Shown here: piece by piece, positions 62,958-64,000 of the stretch | How the letters are laid out: each line of letters starts with the position of its first letter | Position numbering within the stretch: position 1 is the stretch's first letter | Notes under the pieces: model-generated | What the model saw: the letters and a program-made list of their open reading frames with translations, nothing else | Databases searched by the model: none | What the model was told of the DNA's origin: nothing | Assembly (NCBI RefSeq): GCF_006345805.1 | Contig: NC_043006.1 | Location: 94,426,001 to 94,490,000, forward strand | Length of the DNA: 64,000 nt | Reading direction: 5' to 3' | Origin: Octopus sinensis | Taxonomy: Eukaryota | Translations under genes and position numbers: made by a program

Positions 62958-64000
62958 AACAAATTGAGAAAGAGATCCTCAAACAAAACTGGTCTGAATG
63001 TCTCTCTTCGCCAGACATCGACATGAAACTTCAACAATTTATGCCATATGCTACAAATGTGTCCCAGAGAGAAAGGCCACTGTACACAAAAACAAAATAC
63101 TCAGAGAGAGAAAAATTCTAATGAGACGGCGTACAAAAGTTTCAAATCGCCTAAACAAACAAATTGAAAGCGTGAAAAGTCCCGCCTGAAAACAAAACTG
63201 TTGGATATTGAAAAATGTCAGCAAATCTCCCATGAAAAAGAAAGAGCAGATAAAGAAGCCTGGGCTATAGACAACATAAAATCTAACCCCAGAAATTTCT
63301 ACATGTATGCCAAAGAAGCAGCTACGGTGCACTGTAGGATAGAGCCACTCCTTGAAAAGGATGGCACACTCACAGGAAATCCAACAAGGATAAGTGAAAT
63401 ACTAAATGAGGAATTCAAGAGTATCTTCACTCCACCCCTAGGGCATTTTCAAGTCAGCAATCCAACTGACTTCTTTACCACTGCAGATATAAAATCAGAG
63501 GCAGCGATGATTGATTACATCAATATAAAGGAAGACGATGTAATAAAGGCTATTGATGAAATGAAAACAAACTCAGCTACTGGCCCCGATGGATTCCCAG
63601 CAATCCTTCTAAAAGTATGTAAGAGAGTCCTAGCAAGACCACTGCAGTTCCTCTTTCAGAGCTTCCTTGCAACTGGTAAACTCCCAAGAAAACTGAAGGA
63701 AGGTAAAATATGCCCTATTCATAAAGGAGGTAGCAGAGCGGAGGTCAAGAATTACAGACCTATCTCTCTGACCTCACACATCAGCAAGGTCATGGAACGA
63801 ATAGTCAGAAGGAAACTAATCACCTTCCTTGAAGAAAATAACTTGCTGCCTGACACCCAACATGGTTTCCGACTAGGAAGAAGCTGCCTAACTCAGCTCC
63901 GACAACACTATGACTGGGTGCTGAAACGACTGCTCAACCACTCAAATGTGGAAGTCATATATCTCGACTTTGCAAAGGCCTTTGATAAAGTCGACCATGG
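62958..64000 (+). mobile_element. 5'-truncated second copy of the CR1-like LINE (continues beyond the window)
   Basis: Colinear and highly similar to about 32930-33980. Confidence 0.92.

Noticed and set aside
436-62967. Numerous ORFs rich in YI, HT, CV, LS or poly-I/V/L runs
   Set aside because: They are translations of TA, CA, TC and trinucleotide microsatellites.

Overview
AT-rich, microsatellite-dense animal genomic DNA whose repeat families resemble those of Octopus (recognised by family resemblance, not by database search). No host protein-coding gene can be supported; almost all listed ORFs are translations of microsatellites. The window is a patchwork of transposable elements: a near-full-length but frameshifted CR1-like LINE (31.3-35.2 kb) with a second truncated copy at the right edge, a near-full-length decayed L1/Tx1-clade LINE (48.05-53.9 kb), RTE and R4/Dong-like (REL endonuclease) LINE fragments, three tRNA-derived SINE families, non-autonomous Helitrons and a Helentron-type element, mariner and piggyBac MITEs, and a Ulp1-like protease remnant. 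The most notable feature is that at least five distinct non-coding repeat families carry minimal type I hammerhead ribozyme motifs (CUGANGA...GAAAC + palindromic stem III + GUH). Three of them sit in tandem and/or head-to-head inverted arrays, as expected for Penelope-like or retrozyme elements, and one carries a tRNA-like Pol III head. Several LINEs are embedded in specific microsatellites (TATC, TAA, TACA), and the dominant SINE shares a compensatorily co-varying 3' stem-loop with the CR1-like LINE. All RNA folds were done by eye, ribozyme activity is untested, and repeat boundaries are approximate.
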